The notes below the pieces were generated by a model. The model did no database searches. It saw only the letters and a list, made by a program, of their open reading frames with translations, and was not told the DNA's origin. From contig OX638351.1 of the NCBI GenBank assembly GCA_951813565.1, positions 1,440,001-1,504,000 on the forward strand: a stretch of 64,000 nucleotides of DNA, read 5' to 3'. The stretch's first letter is position 1; each line of letters opens with the position of its first letter. A program made the position numbers and the translations under genes. This document shows positions 50,208 to 60,916 of this stretch, in pieces. The stretch is from an uncultured Poribacteria bacterium (GTDB lineage: Bacteria > Poribacteria > WGA-4E > WGA-3G).

Positions 50208-51239
50208 ATGAATATTTTCTGCACAGGCATCAGTTGTTCAGGACGCAAAGAGTTAATCAAAGATTTTGAAGCACTCTGCGTGCAAAGAGAACTGAACATC
50301 GGCTTTTTCAACGTTGGCGATTACATGCACCGAGTTGCTGCGGAATCACGCGTCCATTTCACAGAAAAGGTGCTCGATTCAGATCCGGCTGTTTTATCGT
50401 TAGCGCGACGCACTGCTTTCTACGAAATCGCAAGGGATGCCAAATTTTACGAACACGCCATCATAGGGCTACACGCCTGCTTCCGATGGCGTGGCAGTCT
50501 GCTTGAAGGATTCTCCTTTAAAGATATTGATATTATTCCGCCCGATATGTTCATCAACGTAGTTGACAATATCACAGACATCTACGCTCGGATGGAAAAA
50601 AGCACGCAATGGGCGGGTATCAAAAAAGCAGCACTCAATGTCTGGTTGGACGAGGAAGAATTTCTTACAAGACAGATTGCGCATCTCACAGAAAAACCGC
50701 ACTACACTGTTGCACGGCAACACGAACTCGCGAATTTCTATGAACTCCTTTTTTCAGACAAACCGAAATTCTATCTCAGCTACCCGATTACACTGCTAAG
50801 GGATACCCCAGAGGAGATTGAGAAAATTCGCAAACTCGGTGAAAAACTGCGCCACGCTTTTATTGTCTTTGATCCGCTGACAATTAAGGATATGGCACTT
50901 GTCACCTTCTCAAAAGCGGAGGCTGATGACGAAATGTTGAATGTGCCTGAAACGATGAGCGAATTGGACGATGACGTTATTGAGCAGATTAAAACGCGAA
51001 CTATTTCACGGGATTACCAGTTTGTCCACCAAAGCGATTTCGTTGTTGTGCTTTATCCTACAGACAAATTGTCGCCCGGTGTTCTCAGTGAGATGAACTA
51101 TGCTACCCGTCATAATAAGCCGGTATACGCCGTTTACAACGAAACGCGGAGCATCTTCTTTGAAAACTTATGTGATAAGATTTTTGACACCTTTGAGGAG
51201 TTAGACGATTTTTTGAAGGAAACGTACCAGAATAGATGA
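50208..51239 (+). CDS. P-loop nucleotide kinase-like domain fused to nucleoside 2-deoxyribosyltransferase-like domain
   Basis: N-terminal TGISCSGRK (atypical Walker A); C-terminal FYLSYP..RDYQFVHQSDFVV..SPGVLSEMNYA..NKPVY. Confidence 0.6.
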   Translation: MNIFCTGISCSGRKELIKDFEALCVQRELNIGFFNVGDYMHRVAAESRVHFTEKVLDSDPAVLSLARRTAFYEIARDAKFYEHAIIGLHACFRWRGSLLEGFSFKDIDIIPPDMFINVVDNITDIYARMEKSTQWAGIKKAALNVWLDEEEFLTRQIAHLTEKPHYTVARQHELANFYELLFSDKPKFYLSYPITLLRDTPEEIEKIRKLGEKLRHAFIVFDPLTIKDMALVTFSKAEADDEMLNVPETMSELDDDVIEQIKTRTISRDYQFVHQSDFVVVLYPTDKLSPGVLSEMNYATRHNKPVYAVYNETRSIFFENLCDKIFDTFEELDDFLKETYQNR

Positions 51240-51443
51240 AGTAAGACTGTAGGTTGGGTAGAGCGTAAGCAAAACCCATAACTGTCAACTTAAGGATATG
51301 TTTTCTTGTGGGAGGGCTTTCTAAGCCCGATTTTCTTGTAGGAGCGACTCTTGTAGTTACCACATATCAACACGTGTCTACATATTTTTATATTTCACCT
51401 TGAGTTGTTAGTTGTCAATGAAAAACTGAATACCATCCTGACT

Positions 51444-52340
51444 ATGAACATTGTCATCCTTTCCCGTGGACCCGAAAACCACTCAACCAGCAGCCTCGTT
51501 GAAGCCGCTGAAAATGCTGGACACACCGCCCAAGTCCGAGATCCATTCGGTTTTTATCTTCAAATCGGTGGCACTGGAAATCGTATCACCTATGATGGAG
51601 TTCCCGCAGAAGATTTTGATGTCGTTATCCCACGACTCAGCGGTGCCACAGCAAGATACGGCGGAGAGGTTCTGTCTCATTTTGAATGGCTCGGCATTTC
51701 TGTGGTGAATTCCGCACATGCTATCGCGGACGCACGGCATAAATTTCGTTCCCTACGTATCCTCGCACAGCACGGATTACCTGTCCCGCCGAGTCTCACG
51801 GTCGGTTCCGCCACGTTTTTAGAAGATGCCACACCTGAAATAGGGGATTATCCGTTCATTATAAAACCTTTTTACGGCACCCACGGAATTGGTGTGATGT
51901 TGTTGGATACGCCAACTTCCCTAAACTCAGCTGTAGAGACGATGTGTGACCTTCATCGGGATTATGTCATTCAATCCTTTATTGCAGAAGCGGCTGGTGT
52001 TGACATCCGAGTTCTGGTTGTCGGAGGCAAAGTAATAGCGGCGATGAAAAGATGTGCAGTCCCCGGTGAATTCCGAGCGAACATTCACCAAGGCGCAAAC
52101 GGCGAAGCGATAACGCTCACAAACGAATACAGTCGTATCGCTACTGATGCAGCAGCCGCATTAAAATTAGGGATCGCTGGTGTAGATATACTTGAAACAA
52201 AAAATGGTCCTGTTACCTTAGAAGTCAACCCGTCACCTGGCTTTGAAGAATTAGAGTCGGTAACTAAAATTGATATTGCAAAGACAATGATTGAATATGC
52301 TGTGCAATTGGCAGAAAATCACAAACGAGATACGACCTAA
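51444..52340 (+). CDS. rimK: RimK-family ATP-grasp ligase
   Basis: MNIVILSR, DVVIPR, DIRVLVVGG, EFRANIHQG, AGVDIL, LEVNPSPG. Confidence 0.85.
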   Translation: MNIVILSRGPENHSTSSLVEAAENAGHTAQVRDPFGFYLQIGGTGNRITYDGVPAEDFDVVIPRLSGATARYGGEVLSHFEWLGISVVNSAHAIADARHKFRSLRILAQHGLPVPPSLTVGSATFLEDATPEIGDYPFIIKPFYGTHGIGVMLLDTPTSLNSAVETMCDLHRDYVIQSFIAEAAGVDIRVLVVGGKVIAAMKRCAVPGEFRANIHQGANGEAITLTNEYSRIATDAAAALKLGIAGVDILETKNGPVTLEVNPSPGFEELESVTKIDIAKTMIEYAVQLAENHKRDTT

Positions 52341-52357
52341 AAGGAATACGTAACTAA

Positions 52358-53527
52358 TTGGCTTCTCATCAACGAAAAATTTTGATGTTCAATCATGAAT
52401 TCCCTCCTATCGGTGGTGGTGGTGGTTGGGTGAATTATTTCTTAGGGAAACATTTCGCTGCAGCGGGACACGATGTGCATCTGATTACCTCACAATTTCG
52501 TGATTGTGCAAAAATGGAAGAAATAGAAGGTTTTCATGTGCATCGGGTGAACGCACTACGGAAAAATCCGAATGTATGTGCAGTTCACGAGATGCTAACT
52601 TATGCAGTGAGTTCCAGTATTTATGGGTTGAAATTTGCAAAGCAGTTCAAACCGGATATTGTTCAAGTCTTTTTCGGTATTCCTGCGGGAGGCGGCGCAT
52701 ATCTTCTGCAAAAATTCAATAATGTACCGTATGTTGTGTTTTTAGGTGGACGAGATGTGCCGCGTCCCAATCCCGATCCGCCTTATTATCGTTGGCTATA
52801 CTTGCTGCTAAAACCAATGATTCGAGCGATTTGGGACAACGCTGCTGCGGTCGTAGCCTGCAGTGACGGTCTACGAGACCTCGCGCATATAACAGATACA
52901 AACTTAAAAATGGATGTCATTCCTGATGGCTTAGATTTAGCAAGTTTTGAATCAACACAACGGAAGACGAATCCGAAAACACTGCGCTGTCTTGCCATTG
53001 GCAGACTTATTCCGCGTAAGGGGTTCCAATTTCTCATTCGCGCGCTTCCACAGATTCTTGATAAAGTTCCGCAAAATTTTGAGATAGAGATTGTTGGTGA
53101 TGGGCCCTACCGCGAAGAACTGATAGGATTAGCAAGAAACCTCAATGTAGATTCATATATCCGTTTTGTTGGCACGGTGCCATATTCAGAATTACCGCAA
53201 AAGTACCGTGAAGCAGACATCTTTATTTTACCCTCATTAGCTGAAGGCATGCCGCTCGTCGTTTTGGAGGCAATGGGAACAGGTCTGCCGATTATCGCGA
53301 GCCGTGTTCAAGGTATTGATGAACTTGTCGTGGAAGACGTTAACGGTGTATTGTTTGATCCCGGCGATGTTGATGAACTCGCAATTAGTCTTGCCAAACT
53401 CATTAACGCAGGTGAAACGCGAGTTGAGATGGGAAAAGCAAGCAGAGAAAAGGTTAAACCCTACGATTGGAAAAACATCGCTGACACATATCTTGCCCTT
53501 TATGACGACATTCTAACAAAATATTAA
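52358..53527 (+). CDS. Glycosyltransferase family 4
   Basis: EFPPIGGGG, GRLIPRKG, PSLAEGMPLVVLEAM. Confidence 0.92.
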   Translation: MASHQRKILMFNHEFPPIGGGGGWVNYFLGKHFAAAGHDVHLITSQFRDCAKMEEIEGFHVHRVNALRKNPNVCAVHEMLTYAVSSSIYGLKFAKQFKPDIVQVFFGIPAGGGAYLLQKFNNVPYVVFLGGRDVPRPNPDPPYYRWLYLLLKPMIRAIWDNAAAVVACSDGLRDLAHITDTNLKMDVIPDGLDLASFESTQRKTNPKTLRCLAIGRLIPRKGFQFLIRALPQILDKVPQNFEIEIVGDGPYREELIGLARNLNVDSYIRFVGTVPYSELPQKYREADIFILPSLAEGMPLVVLEAMGTGLPIIASRVQGIDELVVEDVNGVLFDPGDVDELAISLAKLINAGETRVEMGKASREKVKPYDWKNIADTYLALYDDILTKY

Positions 53528-53597
53528 TTGTAGGAGCGATCTCCGAATCGCGACCCTCTTGTAGGAGCGATCCTAAGAAAGGAGAACAAACAGACAC

Positions 53598-55055
53598 ATG
53601 CTTCCAATAAAAATACTTGCTATCGGTGCGGGCGGTTTACAGCGCGCCTTAACACACCAATTTGTTCATATCCTCAATCAACGAGAACTTTACAATGGCG
53701 GAATCTTTGTTGGGCAACCGAGAGGGACTGAAAAAGCCGATGCCTTTAACACACAAGAAGGCGTATATCATGTCGTCACATTTGATCTTGCCGGTATTCA
53801 TGACATCCAACAGATTTCAAGTGTAGTTGGTGCGACAACGCTTTCAACTGAAGTAGGACGAGAACAGTTCTATGCACAAACCGAAAATCCGTTAGACCTT
53901 ATTTTAATAGGCGTAACCGAAGCAGGAATCGCTAAAGGCGAACTCGCTATGGATGTGTTAGATGAGACGCTTTATCGCTATTTTAGTCATCACGGCGCAG
54001 ATGCGGACATCTGTGTTATCAATACCGATAACCTCCGAAACAATGGCGATGTTATCCAAGATATTCTTCTCAACGAATATCCGAAACGCATCGATGATTA
54101 TACAGAATGGTTGACGACAAAAGTCGGTTTCCTCAACGAGATGGGAGACAGACTTGTACCGCATGTGGACGCTGTCCCCGATGAGATTAAGGAAGCAGCA
54201 CAAGCACAGATTGAAGGTTCTGATAAATTGATTACCTACGCAGAACAAATGCCCGCGACACCGCTGATTCTTGAAGACTTGGGCGATAGGTTACGCGTTC
54301 CCTTCGGTGAACTTGATGACTATAGCGTTGTTGTTAGTCGGGATAGCATTGAACCGTATCACGATTGGAAATTGCTGCTCGTGAATTCCGTGCATGTGCC
54401 GGGAATTACACACAAAGGCACACTCTCTGGGATTGACTTTGTTAATGAGGCAGCATCACATTCTGTATTCGCACTGCATCTGGAACGGTTGATGCGCGGA
54501 TACGCAGAAATTGTTGAGGCAGATATTCCGATAGATGGGAAAAGCGCGCATGCGTATACACTGGAATTCATTGACCGTATCCGCCGTGTTAAAGATGATA
54601 ACGCACGGATTAACATCATTGAAACGGTAAAACTCCGTGAACGCGCAGCGGATATTGTTCGATCACCGAACTATCATAATAGCACAGAACTTTTCAAATC
54701 CGATTTCGCTTACTCCTTCGCAACTGTGCTCCGATTTTTGACACCACACACAATATCAGGTGACGACTACCGAGGCATCACCGATACAGGCGCAGAATAC
54801 GAAATCCGAGACCCCGACCGCACTATACAGGATGTGTTGAAAGGATCATTTGGCACAAGCGAAACAGATGTGGAAAGCCGAATAGAAACCATTTTCTCAA
54901 ACGCAACCCTATGGGCACCGCAAAACGCAAAACCTGAAAATGCATTAAGTCAAAATCAAGACTTTAGTAGGCGTGTTGCACACTATTATCATCAATTGGT
55001 CAATGGGAAAACATGTCTTGAGGTTTTAGAAAGCATCAATTTGCAGAACGCGTAA
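53598..55055 (+). CDS. Mannitol dehydrogenase-family (tagaturonate/altronate reductase-like) protein
   Basis: IGAGGLQRA, VTEAGI, NTDNLRNNG, GDRLVP, KLLLVNSVH. Confidence 0.7.
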   Translation: MLPIKILAIGAGGLQRALTHQFVHILNQRELYNGGIFVGQPRGTEKADAFNTQEGVYHVVTFDLAGIHDIQQISSVVGATTLSTEVGREQFYAQTENPLDLILIGVTEAGIAKGELAMDVLDETLYRYFSHHGADADICVINTDNLRNNGDVIQDILLNEYPKRIDDYTEWLTTKVGFLNEMGDRLVPHVDAVPDEIKEAAQAQIEGSDKLITYAEQMPATPLILEDLGDRLRVPFGELDDYSVVVSRDSIEPYHDWKLLLVNSVHVPGITHKGTLSGIDFVNEAASHSVFALHLERLMRGYAEIVEADIPIDGKSAHAYTLEFIDRIRRVKDDNARINIIETVKLRERAADIVRSPNYHNSTELFKSDFAYSFATVLRFLTPHTISGDDYRGITDTGAEYEIRDPDRTIQDVLKGSFGTSETDVESRIETIFSNATLWAPQNAKPENALSQNQDFSRRVAHYYHQLVNGKTCLEVLESINLQNA

Positions 55056-55118
55056 AAGAAAAGGCGCGCTTACAAAGCACGCCTACAAGAAAATCAGACT
55101 TATCAAGAACAGCAGGGA

Positions 55119-56072
55119 CTAACCAGCAAGAGAAATAACACCCTTCTTACGTTGCAACACAGCATCATAAAACCGCATCGTACCGACACAATCATGAATG
55201 CTTGATACAGGTTCTCTGTCCTCACGAATAGCGTTAGCAAACTCAGTGAGACTGATACCGTCACCCGTCAATTCACCATTGCGTTGATCCGAAAAGTTAG
55301 ATGAAAAATGATTTCCACCTTCTGTATAATGTTTAAAACCCCACAATCCATCTAAGACGATATATTCATGCTGCCCAGTAATTTCAATATGGTCGTAGTT
55401 GCGTCCCCATAAACGTTGGCTACTGAGTTGCAAAGTTCCAACCGCACCGTTCGTATATTCTACGGCAACAGCGAATGAACCTTGTCCGTCAACCTCATTG
55501 TGAAAAACGCTAAGTTCATTAACATCAGCACCAGCAATGTGCCGTGCTAAATCGAAGTGATGGATAGCGAAATCAAGTAGATAATGTTTGAGCGATCCGT
55601 ACTTTCCACTACAGAACGAACAGAAAAGTTGTGTGAGTTGACCGAAGGATTCGGTCTGCATGATTCTCCGTGCCTCTCGCACACCAAGGCTAAACCGACG
55701 TTGAAAGTTCACCATCAATGTCTTGCCATGCTTTTCAGCGGTCTCTGCCAGAGTAATCGTTTCTTCAAGCGACGGGGCGGGAGGTTTCGGCGTAAAAACA
55801 TGATACCCAGCCGCAAGTGTCTCAAGCACGAGTGGCTGCCTCGGATCCGGTCCCATACTTATGATTACTGCTTCCAAATCCTCTTTTTCAAACATTTCGT
55901 GTCGATCCAAATAATATCTGCCTGTACCAAATTTACCTGCCGCAGATTTTGCTCTATTTTCGTCTGCATCACAAACCGCTTGCAGTGCTACTGGTGCTAA
56001 ATGTAACGCGGGATAGATCGTGTGCCTCGCGAACCCACCAGCACCCAGAAATCCAATTCGAAGAGGTTCCAT
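55119..56072 (-). CDS. Gfo/Idh/MocA family oxidoreductase
   Basis: IGFLGAGGFA, TPKPP, VNFQRRF, DFAIHHFD. Confidence 0.88.
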   Translation of the reverse strand: MEPLRIGFLGAGGFARHTIYPALHLAPVALQAVCDADENRAKSAAGKFGTGRYYLDRHEMFEKEDLEAVIISMGPDPRQPLVLETLAAGYHVFTPKPPAPSLEETITLAETAEKHGKTLMVNFQRRFSLGVREARRIMQTESFGQLTQLFCSFCSGKYGSLKHYLLDFAIHHFDLARHIAGADVNELSVFHNEVDGQGSFAVAVEYTNGAVGTLQLSSQRLWGRNYDHIEITGQHEYIVLDGLWGFKHYTEGGNHFSSNFSDQRNGELTGDGISLTEFANAIREDREPVSSIHDCVGTMRFYDAVLQRKKGVISLAG

Positions 56073-56451
56073 ATTATTTCCTTTGTACGCTTCAATGTGC
56101 GTTTTCAAAAATAAAAATTTGTATCCAATTTAGCATAACTCTACTTCTCTGTAAAGAAAAATCACAATACAACCAAGCCATGTAGTTTTCGGTATCCCTT
56201 ACGTTTTAGCATGGTCGCGACCAGGAGTCGCTCCTACAAGAAGAGATATTTGACAGAAGCACCTACAGTTAGGGAAAACGTCTACAGACAAATGTTCGTC
56301 TATTTCATATTCCACCATAATATGATGCAAACCATCTGCCTGAATTCCGTTTTAACTCAACCTAATTAACAAAAATCTGTCAAAAAACAACACGCAAATA
56401 GAGAATATCGCACAAATTTTTTCTCCTTCCTGATGAAAGACAAAAAAGAGA

Positions 56452-57822
56452 ATGTATAAAAAAAGAAACAACCAACGGCGAAACTTCGGATTTGCCCTGC
56501 TTCAAGGCACCTTCATGCGAATCAACCTCGCTTTTGTAGATGCATCAACGGTGCTTTCTGCTTTTATCCATAAGCTCACTGGGTCCGAGATGATGGTAGG
56601 TTTGACCGGTTCAATAATGACAGCAGGTTGGATGTGGCCACAGTTGTTGGTGTCAAATCTGCTGGAACATCGCCAGCGCAAAATGCCGTATTACGCAGTC
56701 GGCATGAGCATCCGCGTGTTCGCATGGCTTGCAATCTCCTTTTGTACTATTGGTATTGGCGCACAAAATCCGATCTTACTCGCTGTCTGCTTTTTAGGAT
56801 TCTATTTTCTGTCTTCCTCTGCAATGGGTGTTTCTACGCTGCCCTATATGGACATCATTTCTAAATCCATAGCACCAAATCGACGAGCGCGCTTTTTTAG
56901 TTTACGGCAAATCTTTGGCGGATTTTTTGGAATTTGGGTTGGGTTTTTGGTGCGTGCTATGCTCGGAAATGAAGATGAATTTACTGGCATCCTCGGATGG
57001 ATTACGCAGGGCTTCAAAACGCTTACTATGTATTTTATCAGTTCCGTTTGTCAGATAGAGACTGAACTCGGATTTCCATCTAATTACGCCTTTCTCTTTA
57101 TTTGCTCGGTAAGCACTGCTTTTCTCTCGTTCATTAGTTTCTTAGCTGTGCGTGAACCGATTCATCCTGTCAACTCTCAACGCCAACCGATGTGGCAACA
57201 CCTAAAGCAGGGCCCACATTTCTTACGAACAGACCCAAATTATCGGAGATTTATCTTCTTCCGTATCGGATTGCATTTTTCCAGTATGGCAACCCCTTTT
57301 TACACAACTTACGCCTTGTTTGAATTAGGTGTTTCTGAGGCAACTATCGGTTTTTTCATCGTATGTTCCGCACTAAGCGGTGTCGTTTCAAACGCATTTT
57401 GGGGGTATATCGGTGAAAAATATGGGGTGCGGTGGGTGCTGATTATCACAGCAGGGCTAATGTTGTTCCCACCGATAATGGCATTCTTTTCTGGAGTATT
57501 GCCCGTTTCTTTTCACGTGCCTGTCTACCTGTCAATCTTCACGATTGGTGGTATCTTGACAAACGGTATGATGGTTGGATTCATGGCATACATGCTAAAC
57601 ATCGCGCCGCCGCGCAGTCGTCCGAGTTACATCGGATTTATGAACACGCTGCTCTTACCCGCCAGTTTCGCGCCGGTAATAGGAGGTCTCCTTGTGAAGC
57701 TTATCGGTTATCGGTGGTTGTTTGCTGTGTGTTTTGGTATCTGTCTTATTGCCTTCCGCATCGCAACAGGACTACAAGAAATCATGCATGAGGATGAGTT
57801 GGAAGAGAATACTGAAGTGTAG
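56452..57822 (+). CDS. MFS transporter
   Basis: About 12 TM helices; WGYIGEKYGVR motif-A-like loop. Confidence 0.85.
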   Translation: MYKKRNNQRRNFGFALLQGTFMRINLAFVDASTVLSAFIHKLTGSEMMVGLTGSIMTAGWMWPQLLVSNLLEHRQRKMPYYAVGMSIRVFAWLAISFCTIGIGAQNPILLAVCFLGFYFLSSSAMGVSTLPYMDIISKSIAPNRRARFFSLRQIFGGFFGIWVGFLVRAMLGNEDEFTGILGWITQGFKTLTMYFISSVCQIETELGFPSNYAFLFICSVSTAFLSFISFLAVREPIHPVNSQRQPMWQHLKQGPHFLRTDPNYRRFIFFRIGLHFSSMATPFYTTYALFELGVSEATIGFFIVCSALSGVVSNAFWGYIGEKYGVRWVLIITAGLMLFPPIMAFFSGVLPVSFHVPVYLSIFTIGGILTNGMMVGFMAYMLNIAPPRSRPSYIGFMNTLLLPASFAPVIGGLLVKLIGYRWLFAVCFGICLIAFRIATGLQEIMHEDELEENTEV

Positions 57823-58039
57823 GATTTTGGGTTCGCAATATCGTTGAAATCTTATGCCAAATATGGTATCATTTTGAAACAAGCAATCAGCAACTTTGGG
57901 AAAGTGAATGAAGAAAGAAAATCAAGACCACTAAAAGACAGTTGACGAAATACAGAGTAATATTCTTACCGTCGGATTCGCGAGATAGTTGGCAAATATG
58001 AACTAACCAAACACAGTCAACTTTAAGGGATTTAGCAAC

Positions 58040-58753
58040 ATGGAACAGCGATTTGAGAAATGGAATAATTGGCTTGATAAAATTGATGTAGATGTCTGCC
58101 GCCTTATCAGTAATCGAACAATCTTCCGAGAAGTCCAAGAGATTATTGATAACAATCCGAAGATCCAAAGTCCAAATTTATTTTATGCATATCTTGAAGA
58201 CACCTATGTTGCTTTTACAGCAATGGCAGTTCGTCGACAAATCAAGCCACAGAAAAATAGTATTTCATTTACTGGACTGTTGCAAGAAATAATAGATACT
58301 CCTTGCGTACTTTCACGAGAACGTTTTACAAATATGTACCCGCAATCTATGCAAAAGCGTGCTAATTCTGATTTTTCACAATTTGCGGGAAGCTGTGAAG
58401 ACCATGTTGACCCCAACGTGGTTAGACAAGATTTGAAAAATTTAAATGATTTGGGATCTGAATTGGAAGTCTTCGCGGACAAACGGATAGCACACCACGA
58501 CAAGCGTACGCCGGAAAAAGTGCCAACTTTTGATAACTTGGATGCGTGTATAGATTACCTGGAAGAACTCACTAAAAAGTATTTATTATTATTTAGGGGT
58601 GTAGCAAGACCTTTACCAATTATAACAAACTTAGGTGATTGGCAAGAAATTTTTCGAGAACCCTGGATACTTCCAGATGATATGTCAAGCGTTGATTCAA
58701 CTGAGTGGTGGAATACTGAAGGTGATAAGGAGTGGGATGAATGGTCTCCGTGA
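58040..58753 (+). CDS. HEPN-fold (AbiU2-like) protein with acidic Trp-rich tail
   Basis: AMAVRRQ..SISFTGLL and FADKRIAHHD (variant of RxKxxAH). Confidence 0.6.
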   Translation: MEQRFEKWNNWLDKIDVDVCRLISNRTIFREVQEIIDNNPKIQSPNLFYAYLEDTYVAFTAMAVRRQIKPQKNSISFTGLLQEIIDTPCVLSRERFTNMYPQSMQKRANSDFSQFAGSCEDHVDPNVVRQDLKNLNDLGSELEVFADKRIAHHDKRTPEKVPTFDNLDACIDYLEELTKKYLLLFRGVARPLPIITNLGDWQEIFREPWILPDDMSSVDSTEWWNTEGDKEWDEWSP

Positions 58754-59076
58754 AACCGGCAGATGTCGTGATTGCCGATTTTCCGGGTATCACAGGAGTT
58801 AAGAGGCGTCCAGCGGCGGTTCTTTCAACAATAGATTATCACGTTTTCCACAGAGACGTAATTCTTGGTGCGATCACTACCAATTTGGCAGTGGCGACAA
58901 CACCGACAGACCATTTGATCGTAGATTGGACAATGGCAGGACTCCGAAGACCGAGTGCGTTCAGAACTTTCCTTGTGACGCTTCCACAAAGAGAACTGAT
59001 AGCAACAATTGGACACTTATCAGATTCCGACCGTACAGCAGTAGAAGAATGTGTACGAAAAGCAATTGCCGTATGA
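58741..59076 (+). CDS. PemK/MazF-family toxin
   Basis: DVVIADFP..VKRRPAAVLS, ILGAITT, AGLRRPS, IGHLS. Confidence 0.85.
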   Translation: MVSVKPADVVIADFPGITGVKRRPAAVLSTIDYHVFHRDVILGAITTNLAVATTPTDHLIVDWTMAGLRRPSAFRTFLVTLPQRELIATIGHLSDSDRTAVEECVRKAIAV

Positions 59077-59094
59077 ATACCTAAAGTCTAAGTC

Positions 59095-60507
59095 ATGCTC
59101 ACAAACCAACTCCCCAATATCCTCCTCATCATGTCCGACGAACATGCCCCGATGTTTAGTGGACCGTATGGACATTCCCTTGTCCAAACGCCACACATGG
59201 ACAGACTTGCCAAAGACGGTGTCACCTTCACAAATGCCTACTGCAATTCACCGCTCTGCATGCCCTCACGGATGTCCTTCATGACAGGTAGGTATATCCA
59301 TCACATAGGTGCGTGGGACAATGCAGCACCGTTGCGTCCAGATGCTGTCACGTGGCCACATCTCCTACGCGACGCTGGTTATGATGTCGTTCTCTCAGGA
59401 AAACAGCATTTCGGAGGGATGGATCAGTTGCACGGGTTTCGTGCGCAACTTGCCCGAGACCTTCACGCAGAAAGGCAGCACGGTCTTACGGACTGGGATA
59501 ACGGCACGCCACCAGCATCCCGTCCCTGGCAAGGACTCGCACAAGCTGCTCCCGGAACAACGGTGGAAATTGAAGTTGATGACCTTGCTGAGGCAGAGGC
59601 TTTAACGTATCTCCGAGACCCGGCGCGACAAGAACAACCGTGGGCACTCAACGTCTCGTTCATTGCGCCCCATTTTCCGCTTGTTGTCCCACAACGGTTT
59701 TGGGACCTTTATCCACTTTATGAGATTGATTTACCCAACATTCCAGACGGACACCTTGAAAATCAGCATCCTGTCTATCAACGGATGCGGCGCATGTTCG
59801 GATGTGTTGATTTTCCAGAGGATTTAGTCCGTCGCGCACGCGCAGGCTATTACGGGTTAATTACCTACCTTGATGAGAAGATCGGAAATCTGATTCAGAC
59901 ACTTGAGGAGACAAGGCAGTTGGAGAATACCGTTGTCATCTATACCAGTGATCACGGTGAGATGAACGGCGAACACGGCATGTGGCGCAAGTCAAACTTC
60001 TATGAGGCTTCCGCTCGTGTGCCGCTACAGATTATGTTTCCTGAACAGGTGCCGGCAGGCAAACGCATTGATGAAGTCGTCTCACTTATTGACCTGACAG
60101 CAACGTTGGTTGATTTTGCAGGTGGACATTCCTTAAGTCAATTTGATGGTGATAGTCTGCTTCCCTTGATACAAGGCACAGCAACCGATTGGAAAGATTT
60201 CGCGTTCTCCGAATATCTTGCCCACGGCGTTGAACGTCCAATGGCGATGTTACGTAAAGGGAGATACAAATTCAACTATAGCCTCGGGGATCCACCTGAA
60301 CTTTACGATATAATTGAAGATCCAGGTGAATTTCGCAATCTTGCCAATGAACCTGAATATCAGAACATCTGCAACGAAATGCAAACACAACTGTTAGCAG
60401 AATGGGACCCCATTGAAATTGAGACACAGGTGCGAGAGAGTCAGAAGGCACGTATACTGATTGATAAAGTCACTGATGGTCAATGGCGAAAGCCGCCTGA
60501 TAAGTGA
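59095..60507 (+). CDS. Sulfatase (choline-sulfatase-like)
   Basis: PNILLIMSDEH, CMPSR (FGly motif), GKQH, PHFP, TSDHG. Confidence 0.92.
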   Translation: MLTNQLPNILLIMSDEHAPMFSGPYGHSLVQTPHMDRLAKDGVTFTNAYCNSPLCMPSRMSFMTGRYIHHIGAWDNAAPLRPDAVTWPHLLRDAGYDVVLSGKQHFGGMDQLHGFRAQLARDLHAERQHGLTDWDNGTPPASRPWQGLAQAAPGTTVEIEVDDLAEAEALTYLRDPARQEQPWALNVSFIAPHFPLVVPQRFWDLYPLYEIDLPNIPDGHLENQHPVYQRMRRMFGCVDFPEDLVRRARAGYYGLITYLDEKIGNLIQTLEETRQLENTVVIYTSDHGEMNGEHGMWRKSNFYEASARVPLQIMFPEQVPAGKRIDEVVSLIDLTATLVDFAGGHSLSQFDGDSLLPLIQGTATDWKDFAFSEYLAHGVERPMAMLRKGRYKFNYSLGDPPELYDIIEDPGEFRNLANEPEYQNICNEMQTQLLAEWDPIEIETQVRESQKARILIDKVTDGQWRKPPDK

Positions 60508-60570
60508 AAGCAGAAAAAGAAAAGAATACTGACTTCCAACCTTCCAATTTTTTGTTGTAAGTTTGCTATT

Positions 60571-60847
60571 ATAATCTAAGTTGCTACCTATGTAGCACAA
60601 ACTTTATGAAGATTAAGAAAATATTTCGGTAATTCTAATTTTTCCCAAACCCGGTAGGTGCGGTTTCCTAACCGCACTGGATCTTTCTCCAAAATTACCG
60701 AATTAATAAATTAAACTTCATTTAGTTTGTGTCATAAGGGCGCAAACTAAAAGTTCACGCTACAAAATATTGGCTAATTATCAGCATTTTTTTCACTAAA
60801 GATGGAGTTTCCATGTCTAAAATCTTATAGGTAGCAACTTGGGTTAT
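60571..60847. mobile_element. MITE-like element with nested palindromes
   Basis: TIR ATAATCTAAGTTGCTACCTAT / ATAGGTAGCAACTTGGGTTAT; internal inverted pairs and a REP at 60654-60677. Confidence 0.6.
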
Positions 60848-60916
60848 TATAGTAAAACCCGAAATTACCTATATACCGCAGCTCCCTGACGACCTGTAAA
60901 CATATTTCGAATTTTA

